Assembly: GCA_004431415.1 (NCBI GenBank)
Contig: QPMI01000428.1
Location: 440,514-504,513 of the forward strand
Direction: 5' to 3'
Source: Cyanophora paradoxa CCMP329
Taxonomy: Eukaryota; Plantae; Glaucophyta
DNA: 64,000 nt
The notes below the pieces were generated by a model, which worked only from the letters and a program-made list of their open reading frames with translations, did not search any database and was not told the origin of the DNA. Position numbers and translations under genes: made by a program. Positions 27,466 to 39,967 of the stretch are shown piece after piece; within the stretch, counting starts at the first letter, position 1; each line of letters opens with the position of its first letter.

Positions 27466-29839
27466 ATGAGCGACAAGTACCGCGATGGCGCTGGCCAAAT
27501 GCATGGCCCCGCGAAGGCCGCGGGTTGCGGGCTTCTGTTCGAAGCAGCCGGCTACGTTGCGATCGGCGTCTGCATGTTCCTGCTGGTCTGGGGCGCCACG
27601 CACGCGACGAGGCCACGCTGCTGCCCCGAGGGCGCCATCGCCTCCAACGCGTGGCTCAAGGTACGCACCCGCGACGCGCAGGCGAACGGCCCCGCTTTGC
27701 TGCGTGCACATGAAGATTTCGGACTCGCCCGACGCGTCCCCCGCGCGCAGACCTTCCGGAGGCCAGCGAACGTGACGGGCGCCATCACGCGGCAGTTCTC
27801 CGCCCTCTCGAACTGGACGGCGCTGAGCGCGCCGCTGCGGCGCGCGCGCTGCGGGCGGCCGCGGGAGCCGCCGTGCTCGCGGCCGAATCCCGTGCCGAGC
27901 ATGCGGCAGCTCCCGGCGCCGGCGTTCGACGAGTCTGATCCGCTCCTTTGGAACAAGACCCTCGCGCAGGCGCGCAGACTCCCCCGCCTCGCACGTGCAC
28001 GGCCCCGACAACTTTGGCCTCACAGCCCCCGACCCGCCAGGTGAAGCCGGGGACCTTCTGCCCCGGGGCGGACCTGCAGCAGCTGCCCGACGTGAAGGAC
28101 CTGCGGCAGTGCGTCGAGGCCTGCGTCCGCAACAACTTATGCGCCCTCGCCGCCCTTCGCAAGAAGGCTCGCGCCCCCCGCCCCCCCGGCCCGCGCCGCA
28201 TCCCCGCCCCCGGCTTAAGCTTGAACCCCCTTTCGCAGGGCGGGTGCCACCTGAAGCGGCTCGGGGTACACTGCATGGACGCCCCTTGGGACGAGGCCTG
28301 GTACAAGCCGGGGGTACAGGAGTTCCAGGCGACTCTGCCCAAGCGGGATCCGTTCAAGGGCGCGCGCCGCCCGGTCGGGCGTACCCCCCTTGCCGCTCTT
28401 AAGCTCACGGCCCCGCAGCGCGCGTGGGCGGCAAGATGGCCGTCGTCGTACCCCTCCGAGACAGGAAGGTGCTTCGAATTCAATTCGAATTCGGGGATCC
28501 CGGCCCGCTCCCGGGTCGTGATCGTTCCCGTGCAGCTGCAGGAGGTGCCGTTCGTGCAAATGGTCCCGGAGCTCCTTAGGGCGCAGTACCCCTCCCCCGA
28601 TTCCTTCACGGTCTTCTTCGTCGAGGCTCGTTCAACCCCCCCACCCACCCCTCCCCCCCCTCACCCCCACCCCACCCGCAGCAAGAGGAGGGGTACCGCT
28701 TTAACCGGGGGGCCCTGATCGACGCGGGGGCGGCCCTCGTCCTCGCCTCCGACTTTGACTGGATCTGCGTCCACGCGCGCCCTGCCCCACCCCGCCCCGC
28801 CCCGCCCGCCTGCCGCCGCCCGCCCTGACAGACTGACGCGTCTGGCCTGGCAGGACGTGGACACGCTCCCGAAGACAAAGAAATGGCTCTACGACCAGTA
28901 CGACGACAGAGTGACGCACGTCACCCCCAGCGCGTCCCCCCACGCCCTCCCCCGCCCCGCCCCGCCCCGCCCCGCCTCGGCCCCTGACGCCCCACGGCAG
29001 ATTGGGCGCACCCAGTGTACTCAGTGTTCCCGATCTACTTCGGGGGTAACGTAATCTTCCCGGCGAACGTTCTCCGCGAGATCGACGGCTTCCCCGTCGA
29101 CCTCTGGGGCTGGGGCCAAGAGGACGACGGTGAGTGAGAGAACTTTTCGCCGCCCTTCTTCACACCCCCCCCCCCCCCCCCCCCCTCCCCCATCCCCCAT
29201 CCCGTTTTCTCTTCTTACCCGAGCAGCGGCGAGGTGGCGCCTCGTCCAGCGGGGCCTGTGGCCCGCCGAGGAGCCCTACTTGGAATCCCTGGACGGTTTC
29301 GACACCAAGAGGCTCCACAAAGAGTTGTTTACCCACTCCAACGACGGTGTGTTTCATGAATGTAAACCGCGGCCATGTACCCCACTGACCATACACGCGC
29401 AGGGCACGGGGCGCGGCTGAAGCGGCCCTTCTGGGCGAGGCCTCCGTACCCCTACGGCGGCTTCCAAGAGCTCTCCTACTGGACCCTGGCCGCCGCCGCC
29501 GAGCACAACGGCACCGTCCTGCGCTTCACGACGCACGTCTTCTGCGACCCGCGCCGCGTGCCGTGGTGCCTCCAGCCCCCGCCCCCTCCCACCCCGGCCC
29601 CCACTCCCACCCCCACTACTACCCCGACCCCGCCCGCGGCCGCGGCCGCCAAGACCGCCGCCGCTACTTCCCCTCACTCCCCCTCCGCGCCCGCCTCCGC
29701 CGCCCTCCGCGCCCCGGCCCCCACTCCCCCTCCTGCCACCCCAGCCACCCAGGCCCCCACCACTCCCACCCCGACCCCCGCGCCCGCCTCCGCCTCCGCC
29801 TCCGGCTCCGCCGTCGCCCGTCCGAAGGCCCAAAGATAG
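27466..29839 (+). CDS. GT7-family glycosyltransferase (beta-1,4-galactosyltransferase-like), type II membrane protein, multi-exon
   Basis: N-terminal TM (YVAIGVCMFLLVWGA), RVVIVP, YRFNRGALI, CVHDVD (DxD), YFGGNV and IDGFPVDLWGWGQEDD matching the GT7 WGWGxEDD signature, then a Pro/Thr/Ala-rich tail. Confidence 0.85.
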
Positions 29840-30741
29840 AGGCCGCCCCTTACGCTCCCGCGCCGGCTCTGCTGCCCCCCTTCCCCCCCCCCCCCCCCCC
29901 CACCCCCCCCCCGCCTCCAACCCTCCCACCGCGGCCCCGCTGCCCCCCACTCCCACCCCGACCCCGCCCGCGGCCGCGGCCGCGGCCGCCAAGACCGCCG
30001 CCGGCGCCGCTACTTTGTCTGCGCACACTTGACGCCGGATTATTGCGTTATTTCTTTTTCGGCTTTTAAGTTGATTCAATGTTATTTATAGTGTTAGTGG
30101 TCCTGCACGTGCAGTTGAGCTGTCGAGTTGCGCCACCTGCTTTTTTTCTTTTCAATCGAAATCGTCCGACGGTCGACGTCCGTGAACCTGTACATGCACG
30201 TTCTGTATGCCGTGATTCGTATACGTAGCTATAACTGCAGCCTCGCAGCTCCATGGCTGTTAACTTATAATTACACTAAACTGCGTTCTCATATGCATGC
30301 GCATGCCGTGTTTCTCATCCCGTGTTTTCTCATGACTTCGTACTCTGCAGAACAAGCATATATATAAGGCGTATTCTTATCATAGTATCATTCTGAATCC
30401 TGTATTCTGCATTCTGCATTCGAATCTGCATTCTGAATAATCTGTAGCAGTCTAACTTTTGTCATAACTTCGTATTTGAAAGACAAGGCGGCAAAACTCG
30501 CCGCCGTGCAAAAAAGAATCATCTGGTCTCGCAAGACAGGCGGAAGGCTAGACGGGAATATCGATCCACAAAAATAGACGGGAATATCGATCCACGAGAG
30601 GGGGGGAAAGAACTTTCATTGACTGGGAAAACCGACGGATAGCTCTTGTGTTACAATAATCGATGTTCGAATAGCTCCGATTCTGTACGAATAGCTATAG
30701 CTAGAGTCATAAATGAAACGAAACATAAATGTTTAGGCAAG

Positions 30742-33057
30742 TCAGCGCCAGCCTTTGAGCCAGACGCGGGCCTCATACTGGGCCTTGGTGAGGGGCAGGG
30801 CGTAGACGAAGGGCGCCCAGTACACGTAGGCGGCGACGACGAGGGCGAGGAGGGCGGCGGCGACGGCCGCGAGGAGGCGGGGGCGGCCCCCGAAGAGCCG
30901 CTCGAGCAGCACCGCGCTCATGTACACGGCGCAGAGGAGCGCCGGGAAGTAGTGATAGAGGAACGTGCACCGCTTGATCGGCACGTAGCTGCAGGCGCGC
31001 GTCAGCTTCGGCGAGGGCGCGCGCGGGGCGCGCGTGCGGGGCGGGGCGGGCGGACGGGAGGAGGTTGAGGAGCCACTCCATTAAGAGGAAGGCGGTGAGG
31101 GAGAGGTAGCGCTGCGAGGCCGCCGAGAAGGGCACCTCGAAAAGCAGCATCGCCCCGCCCACCACCAGCGAGATCGCTGACTTTTGGCCTCAGCGCCGGG
31201 CCCCGCGGCGGGGCGGAGCGGGGGCGGTAGATCTAGAGCGGAGCGGACGCACCGACGAGGATTGAGGTGCCCCACCAGACGGCGGGGTTGCCGAGGAGGT
31301 AGATGCGAGCGAAGAGCTCTTCGCCCGTCTTCGGGTGCTTCCGGGGCGGGCTCGACTGCTCCTGCCAGTAGTAGATGCCACGCTTGTTCAGCGGCCACGA
31401 CCACCACTCGGACTGCCACGTGTGCGGCGTCTTGTTGCCCGAGCTCGTCGCGTACATCGTCCGCGTCATCTCCCACGCCTTCTGCAGGAAGGTGATCGGC
31501 TTCGCGGCCGCCCGCTCTTCCGGCGTAAGGCTCCCCTGCCGCCGCGCGCCCCGCCCCGTCAGGGGACAGGAAGGCCGCGGCCTGGCGGGGCGGGGCGAGG
31601 CGGGGCGGGACGGGCCTCGAGGGTGGCGCGGAAGGCAGGAGTCATGAACTTGTCCCCGGGGCCCGAGAGCGGCAGCATGCGGAAGTGGAGCCACTGCGCC
31701 GGCGTCAGGCAGCGGCGACGCGGGGCGGGCGGCGGGGCGGCCGGGCGGGGCGCGCCTGGAAGTAGACGTAGACGAGGACGGGAACGGCGGCGAGGAAGAG
31801 AGCGCGCGTGAGGAGGTCCCCGAAAAGTCGCAGGAGGGAGCCCCGTCCGCGCTTGGCCCGCAGGTTGTACAGCGTCTGCACGGCGGCGGCTAGGCATTGG
31901 AACCGCACTCGGACTCTATCTGGGCCGGCACTAGCTAGCCAGCTAGCTTTAGGCATCTGAAGCTCACCGCGACGACGTGGTGGACCCCGATGGCGCCCAC
32001 GGCGGCGAGGGCGGTCCACTTGACGCTCGCCGCGAGGCCTGCCGAGACGCCCGTCGCGACCAGCCAGAAGTAGTAGCCCCGCGAGAAGAGGCGCCTGTCG
32101 TCCTGCGTGTAGCTGTGCAGGCTGCGCCGGCGGGCGCCTCAGCGGCCAGCGAGGGCGGGGCGCGCGGGGCGCACCAGAACGAGCAGAGCATGGCGAGCGT
32201 GATGAAGAAGAACAGGAAGCTGTCGATGAGGATGAGGCGGGACTGGACGAGCAGCGCCGTGTCGAACACGATCATGCACGCCGCCAGGAACGACGCCGTC
32301 AGGGACGCGCCCAGCTGCCTCGCCGTGAAGAACACCAGCGGGCACGTCAGCGCGCTCGCGCTGCCGCGCGGGAGGCGGGTCAGGCTTTCAAGCAGGCCTA
32401 GGGGAGAGCCGCGACCGCATGCGCACAATGCGGGCGCCCCGCGGAGGAGCATGTACGGGACGTGTTGCCCGTCCGCGTACTTGCCTCTGATGCTCTTGAA
32501 CTCGAAGTCCCCCCGGTACTCCTTGCTGAAGCCCGCGGCCCACGCCAGAATCATCTTTCCCAGCGGCTGCGGGCGTGCGTTCGACGGCGCGGACCTCGCT
32601 CGGCCCGACCTCCCTCGCGCACCGGATGGATGTCGAAGAAGAACTTGCCCGTGAGATAGCCGTTCGCGAACTTGCCGAAGTGCACCTGCAGGCCCCGCGC
32701 GCGGCGTGAGATGCCGAATGCGGCCGGAAGCGGCGCGCCGACGGCGTGACGGGCCTCGTCGAAGACGACCTCCGGCGGGTTCGAGAGCATCCAGAAGCGG
32801 GTCGCGAACGCGAGGATGCAGATGATGAGGACGAGTCCGAGCGAGTTGTCCTTCGAGCTCGCCCACGTCTGGTCCCACGTCGCGACCAGCAGCGGGCCCG
32901 CCTGCTTCTTCGTGTCCTCCGCGTCCTCTAGCTCCGCGTCGATAGCGCGGGAAGCCGCGTCCGACGGCCTCGACACCACCGGCTCCTGCTTCCGCCGGCG
33001 AACCTCGGAAGTCGCGATATGCGAGCAACGCGGGCACGCCGCTGCATGCCCTGCCAT
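30742..33057 (-). CDS. Dolichyl-phosphate-mannose:protein O-mannosyltransferase (PMT/POMT, GT39), copy 1, no MIR domain
   Basis: [69 protein letters not shown] and FLYHYFPAL. Confidence 0.92.
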
Positions 33058-33689
33058 ATCCGCTAACCAGACGAACACTCTTGGCTAGCAACGTGCATAT
33101 GCGGTATGCGCGCTCGCTCGCTCTTGAATGCTCAAGCCCAAGCGGGCCAAGCCCCGCTCAAGCTTGGCCGGCTCAAGCTTGGCCGACTAGGGCTCGAAGG
33201 GGGGGTATTCAAGTCCAAGCGATCAGCGATGCCCCGCCGGCGCCATCCAATGATCGCGGTCCGCGGCCGCCTACCCAGCTAGCTAACAGCTAACAGCTAA
33301 CAGCTAACATCAGAACCCATGCCATGATGCATGCTAGCTAACAGCTGGCGAACCCGCGCGGCACGCCATGGCCAGTATGCGATCGAGCCTGCCATATGCA
33401 TCGCGGGGCGGCTTCTAGCACCGACTCGGCGAGTCAACCCGCGGGCCGGCCGGCCGCTGCCGCGCGCTACGGCAGCTGCGCATGCAGCCGCGCGCGCGCG
33501 CGCGCTAGACCGGCAGCGAGCTCGAGGCAGGCGCTGGCGCGCGGCATGCGATCTAGATCTAGATCTAGCGATAGCGAGGGCGCTATGTAGATGGCAACAA
33601 GCTCAGCTGCATGCGCAGCGCGGGACGTCGACGGACGCGCGGCGGCCGCGGCCGCGCGCGACCGCACGGGACTGAGCCTCGGAGGCGTG

Positions 33690-34520
33690 GCGGCCCTGGC
33701 GGGCGGCGGCGCGGCTCGCCGGGCGGGGCGGAGGCGCGCGGGGCGGAGGCGCGACTCGCCGGGCGGGGCGGAGGCGCGGCGGGCGGCGGCGCGGCTTAAC
33801 GGGCGGGGCGGAGGCGCGCGGGGCGGCGGATCGGCTCTCCAGGCGTGGTAAAGGCGCGACCGGCGGCGGCGCGGCTCACCGGGCGGGCGGAGGCGCGCGG
33901 GGCGGCGGATCGGCTCTCCAGGCGTGGTGAAGGCGCGACCGGCGGCGGCGCGGCTCACCGGGCGGGGCGGAGGCGCGCGGGGCGGCGGATCGGCACTCCA
34001 GGCGTGGCGAAGGCGCGGCGGGCGGCGGCGCGGCTCACCGGGCGGGGCGAAGGCGCGGCGAGCCGCGGCGCGGCTCCCCGGGCGGGGCGGAGGCGCGGCG
34101 GGCGGCGGCGCGGCTCGCCGGGCGGGGCGGCGGGGCGGGGCGGCGGGGCGGCGGAGTGGGGCGGCGGGGCGGCGGAGCGGGGCGGCGGCGCCGCGGCGCG
34201 GCTCGACGGGCGGGGCGGACGCGCGGCGGGTGGCGGCGCGGCTCGCCGGGCGGGGCGGCGGGGCGGCGGAGCAGGGCGGCGGGGCTGCGGGGCGGGGCGG
34301 CGGGGCGGAGGCGCGGCGGGCGGCGGCGCGGCTCGCCTGGCGGGGCGGCGGGGCTGGGCGGCGGGGCGGCGGCACGGCTCGCCAGACGGGGCGGCGGGGC
34401 GGCGGGGCGGAGGCGCGCCGGGCGGCAGCGCGGCTCGCTGGGCGCCGGCGGGGCCGCCCGGGGCCAAGCCGCGGCGGCGGAGCGGGGCGGCGGGGCGGCG
34501 GTGCGGCTCGATGGGCGGGG
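33690..34520. repeat. G-rich degenerate tandem repeat between the two PMT copies
   Basis: Recurrent ~40-bp unit GGGCGGGGCGGAGGCGCGGCGGGCGGCGGCGCGGCTC[A/G]CC, plus about 3 copies of an ~80-bp higher-order unit containing GGATCGGC[T/A]CTCCAGGCGTGG (33820-34070). Confidence 0.85.
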
Positions 34521-35139
34521 CGGACGCACGGCTTAAGTTTCTTCTGCCATTTAGATTTCGCTGCTGCGATAGCGAGCTAATGATCATGCATATGATCATG
34601 ATCGAAGTCTGGCCGACCCAGGCCAACGCCGAGAGAGCGCTAGCTGCAACCTGCAAATGCTGGGTTTGTTGATTTAGCCCCCGGCCACCTTGCACATCCT
34701 GATCGTGAGACGAGCAGGGGGCGGGGGCGGGAATTCACGCATTGAATTCGAATATCTACATCATGACATGGAAAATTAATCTGTACGTGGGCCCAAGTAT
34801 TCGCATGACAGCCTGCAGGCGGATCCCGGAAGTTGAGCTGCTGATCATGAAGGGCCTACAAGTATACGTAGGCTACAACTGGCCGCTTTCAATGGCTCTC
34901 TCGGTAGCGTGGAAAAACGGACTCGGAAACTTGAAAAACGGACTTCCGATCGAGGGAGAGAACGGACGGGAAACTCTTGTGTTAGAATGATTAGTGCTGG
35001 AATAATAGTCCTTGTTGTAATAATAATGAGAAAATTCTTGTGTTACAGTAAATGATGTTCGAATAGCTCCGATTGTGTACGAATAGCTATAGCTAGAGTC
35101 ATAAATGAAATGACGTATGCACGCTTAGGCAAGTCATGA

Positions 35140-37475
35140 TCAGCGCCAGCCGCTGAGCCAGATGCGGGCCTCGTACTGGGCCTTGGTGAGGGGCAGGGCG
35201 TAGACGAAGGGCGCCCAGTACACGTAGGCGGCGAAAATGACGGCGAGGAGGGCGGCCGCGACGGCCTTCAGGAGGCGGGGGCGGCCCCCGAAGACGCGCT
35301 CCAGCAGCACGGCGCTCATGTAGATCGCGCAGAGCAGCGCCGGGAAGTAGTGGTAGAGAAATTTCGATCGCGAGATCGATACGTAGCTGCGCGGGAGGGT
35401 GGGCTGGGGTCAGAGAGGGCGAGTGCCGGGGAAAGCAGGGCGGGGCGGGGCGGGCGGACGGGAGGAGGTTGAGTAGCCACTCCATAAAGAGGAAGGCGGT
35501 GAGGGAGAGGTAGCGCTGCGAGGCCGCCGAGAAGGGGACCTCGAAGAGCAGCATCGCCCCGCCCACCACCAGCGAGATCGCTGGCTTTCGCTCTAAGCGG
35601 ACGCCGGCGGGGCGGAGCGGGGCGGGAGTGGGGGCACCGACGAGGATTGAGGTGCCCCACCAGACGGCGGGGTTGCCGAGGAGGTAGATGCGCGGGAAGA
35701 ACTCCTCGCGGGTCTTCGGGTGCTTCCGGGGCGGGTTCGACTGCTCCTGCCAGTAGAGGATACCGCGCTTGTTCAGCGGCCACGACCACCACTCGGACTG
35801 CCACGTGTGCGGGTTCTTGATGCCCGAGTTCGTCGCGTACATCGTCCGCGTCATCTCCCACGTCTTCTGCAGGAAGGTGATCGGCTTCGCGGCCGCCCGC
35901 TCTTCCGGCGTAAGGCTCCCCTGCCGCCGCGCGCCCCGCCCCGTCAGGGGACAGGAAGGCCGCGGCCTGGCGGGGCGGGGCGGGGCGAGCCTCGAGGGTG
36001 GCGCGGAAGGCAGGAGTCATGAACTTGTCCCCGGGGCCCGAGAGCGGCAGCATGCGGAAGTGGAGCCACTGCGCCGGCGTCAGGCGGCGGCGGCGCGGGG
36101 CGCGGGGCGCGGGGCGGCCGGGCGGGGCGCGCCTGGAAGTAGACGTAGACGAGGACGGGAACGGCGGCGAGGAAGAGAGCGCGCGTGAGGAGGTCCCCGA
36201 AAAGTCGCGGGAGGGAGCCCCGTCCGCGCTTGGCCCGCAGGTTGTACAGCGTCTGCGCGGCGGCGGCGGCGGCGGCGGTTCACGATCAGACTCGGCGCTA
36301 GACGTCTCGCAGCCAAGTGGGCGCGAGGGCTCCGCGTGGGCCGCCCCGCAAGCAGACACGGCGCGCGCGGGGGGGCTCACCGCGACGACGTGGTGGACCC
36401 CGATGGCGCCCACGGCGGCGAGGGCGGTCCACTTGACGCTCGCCGCGAGGCCTGCCGAGACGCCCGTCGCGACCAGCCAGAAGTAGTAGCCCCGCGAGAA
36501 GAGGCGCCTGTCGTCCTGCGTGTAGCTGTGCAGGCTGCGCCGGCGGGCGCCTCAGCGGCCAGCGAGGGCGGGGCGCGCGGGGCGCACCAGAACGAGCAGA
36601 GCATGGCGAGCGTGATGAAGAAGAACAGGAAGCTGTCGATGAGGATGAGGCGGGACTGGACGAGCAGCGCCGTGTCGAACACGATCATGCACGCCGCCAG
36701 GAACGACGCCGTCAGGGACGCGCCCAGCTGCCGCGCCGTGAAGAACACCAGCGGGCACGTCAGCGCGCTCGCGCTGCCGCGCGGGAAGCGGGTCAGGCTT
36801 TCAAGCAGGGGTCGAGGGAGAGGGAGCCGCCGCCGCATGCGCACAACGCTGGCGCCCCGCGGAGGAGCATGTACGGGACGTGTTGCCCGTCCGCGTACTT
36901 GTCTCTGATGCTCTTGAACTCGAAGTCCCCCCGGTACTCCTTGCTGAAGCCCGCGGCCCACGCCAGAATCATCTTTCCCAGCGGCTGCGGGCGTGCGTTC
37001 GTCGGCGCGGACCTCGCTCGGCCCGACCTCCCTCGCTCACCGGATGGATGTCGAAGAAGAACTTGCCCGTGAGATAGCCGTTCGCGAACTTGCCGAAGTG
37101 CACCTGCAGGTCCCGCGCGCGGCATGAGATGTCGTATGTGGCGGGAAGCGGCGCGCCGGCGGCGTGACGGGCCTCGTCGAAGACGACCTCCGGCGGGTTC
37201 GAGAGCATCCAGAAGCGGGTCGCGAACGCGAGAATGCAGATGATGAGGACGAGTCCGAGCGAGTTGTCCTTCGAGCTCGCCCACGTCTGGTCCCACGTCG
37301 CGACCAGCAGCGGGCCCGCCTGCTTCTTCGTGTCCTCCGCGTCCTCTAGCTCCGCGTCGATAGCGCGGGAAGCTGCGCCCGACGGCCTCGACGCCGCCGG
37401 CTCCTGCTTCCGCCGGCGAACCTCGGAAGTCGCGATATGCGAGCAACGCGGGCACGCCGCTGCATGCCCTGCCAT
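35140..37475 (-). CDS. Protein O-mannosyltransferase (PMT/POMT, GT39), copy 2, no MIR domain
   Basis: Near-identical tandem paralog of 30742-33057 with the same motifs and intron positions. The 3' flank is also duplicated (30660-30720 vs 35050-35110). Confidence 0.92.
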
Positions 37476-37892
37476 TTCCGCTAAGCAGCGGGACACTCCT
37501 GGGCCGTCCTGGCTGACCCCGCTCACCAGCCGCACACCGCTACCCCCCGTACCCGCTGCACATGCAAGCTCGCACGAGCCTCGAGCTCGGGGCTCTTGAC
37601 CGCCGAATTCGAACAGCTCAAACTTGAGCTCGAGCTCAAGCCGCCGCTGGCTATCTGTTGGGCTTGAGGGTGGAGGGGTACGAAAGACCAGGCGGGCGGG
37701 CGGCGGGCGCGGCAGCTAGCGCTCGCGCGGCGGCTCACGGCGGCTCGCGCGGCATGCTCTCGCGCGCCGGGCTGGAGCCGATCCAAGGCCAGGGCCAGCA
37801 GGTCGGCGCCCGGCGAATTAAAGCGCAGAATTCAAATTAAAGCTTATAATTAAGGCGGCCGGCAGACAGAGAGGAGGGCGCGCGGCCGGACT

Positions 37893-39967
37893 CTAGAACT
37901 CGAGGGCGCCCCGCAGGACGGGCCGCAGGGCCGCCGCCACTCGCTCCACGACGCCCTCCCCCAGCGCCGCCGCCGCCCGCCCCGCCGCCCGGCCCCGCCT
38001 GAGGGGGCCGCCCTCAGAAAAGGGGAGCGAGAGGCGGGCGCGGGCGGGCGCCGGCGCCGGCGCGCCTCTGTGCCTCGGCGGGGTCCGACAGGAGAGAGGC
38101 GAGCGCCGTCTGGAGTTCCCCCTCGCTCGCGACCTGCGCGCGGGCGCCGGCGCCGCCCGCTGGAAGCTTGAGAGAGGGGTACGAGAGGGGAGTGGCGAGA
38201 GGCGCAGGCCGCACGGTCCAAAGGGCGTCGGGTTCGATTCCGGCCAGGTCCGAAGCAACGCCCGCGAAGTTCTCCGTGTGAGGGCCCTGCGCGAAGCGGC
38301 GAGGTCGGGGGTACTACGTGGATCCGTGCACGGCGAGGCGGGGGTACAGACCTGCAGGACGGCGCAGGAGGCGGCGGCGGGCTCGAGGAAATTGTGGCCC
38401 CCGATCCCTGGGTACAGCGATCCGCCCACGAAGCAGGCGGGCACGCAAGCGTAGAACGCGGGGAGCTCGCCTGTACCCCCCACCGCCGGCCTCGGCGGAG
38501 GGCTGAAAGAAGAAAGCGGGCAGGAGGGGTACCGAGCGTGTCGACGATGTAGACGGCTGTACCCGGGAGGAGGGGCTCGCCGAGGGATCGCCGGGCGGAG
38601 CGGAGGCCCCGGGTGGCGGCGAGGGCGGCGGCGGCGGCCCCCCGCTCCGGGTGCCGGGGGGCGAGGATCGTAAGGAGGCCGGGGTACGTCGAAGCCAGCG
38701 CCGCGTGCGCCCCCAGCGCCGCTGTTTGCGCGCTCGCGTCGGGGGTACAGCGAAATATGCGGGCGGGGGGGGGGGGGGGGGGGGAGGCAAGGCGGGGGCA
38801 CGCACCCTCCTCCTCGCCCTCGTGCGTGCTGGCCGCGAGCCAGGCGGGCCTACCCCCGATCGCCTCCCGCAGCGCGGTGCACTCTAGAGAGTTCGGGTCG
38901 GTCCGGCGCGACGCTGCCGTGGGTCAGAGGCGAGCGACGGGGGGTGGGAGGGCAGCAGGAAGGGGGTACCCGATTTTAGGTTGCCGAGGAAGGCGGGGGA
39001 GGGGGCGCCGAGGGCGGAGAAGCGAGCCCGGTCGGCGTCGGACTGGCAGAGGACGAGGCGGAAGCAGCGGGCGAGGAGGTATCGGGCGACGCCGCGCGCC
39101 GGCGCCGCGCGCGCCCAGCGGCCCTCCGACCGCCGCGACATGCGCGCGTTCACAAGCGCCAGCGGCACCTGATGCCGGCTGAGCTCGGACGGGGAAGGAG
39201 AGGGGTACGCGAATGCGCACGCCGCGGAGGTCCGCGGCGCGGCGGACGAGGTTGGGCCACAGCTCGGATTCGAAGAAGAGCCCCACTGTGGGCCGCCAGC
39301 GATCCAGGAACCGATCGATGGAAGGCGGGTGATCCAGCGGAGCCATCTGAGCGACGGTTGCTGAGGCGGGGCGCGGGCCGGGGAGCGGAGAGCGGGCCGG
39401 GGCTGACCTGGCAGCGGAATCGGGGGCCGTCGCGGCGCCGCATGAGAGCGTAGGCGCCGGCCGTGCCGACTGTTAGGAGAAAGAACGCCTCCGGATACTC
39501 GCCCTCCAGACGCGAGAGCAGCGGCAGCGTCGAGAGCGCCTCGCCTGGCGCGCGCAAGTGCCGGCTCAATGCGAGCGGCCGGTCGGCCGTGCGAGCCGGC
39601 TAGCTTACCGACGGAGACCGCGTGCAGCCACACCGTCCTGCGCGAGCCGTCGGTCCCGGCGGACGAGCCGCGGCCCCACTTCTGCGCCTCGGCCTCCGCC
39701 GCGTCCGCATCGCCGAGCCCGTGCTCCCGCAGCTGCCTCCGGAGCCGCTGCAGGAACAAGGCCGAGTAGAGAGACGGCAGCAGGTGCGTGGTCGCGCGCT
39801 CGTACGCCTGCAGGGCCCAGGGCGCTGCCGGCGGGCCTGGCAACCGGACATCGGCCGCCTGGAGCGCGCGGGCCGCGAGGGCGCGTACCGACGTGTGAGG
39901 AGGTGGTCAGCAACCTGCGAGAGAGCAGCAGCGCTGCCGCGCCGCCGGCGACGACCGTCCACCGCAT
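37893..39967 (-). CDS. kdtA: 3-deoxy-D-manno-octulosonic-acid (KDO) transferase, GT30, multi-exon
   Basis: VWLHAVSVGE, APLD, FFESELWPNL, LVNARMS, LCQS, GNLK, WLAASTHEGEE, GEL..FY, FVGGSL..GGHNFLEPA and GPHTENF form the WaaA/KdtA motif series. The N-terminus MRWTVVAGGAAALLLSRRLLTTSSH resembles a targeting presequence. Confidence 0.93.

Noticed and set aside
30548-30596. 21-bp direct repeat TAGACGGGAATATCGATCCAC, two copies
   Set aside because: Only two copies in a 3' intergenic region with no associated element; treated as a local duplication.
37893-39967. kdtA as bacterial contamination
   Set aside because: It is interrupted by host-type spliceosomal introns and matches host composition.
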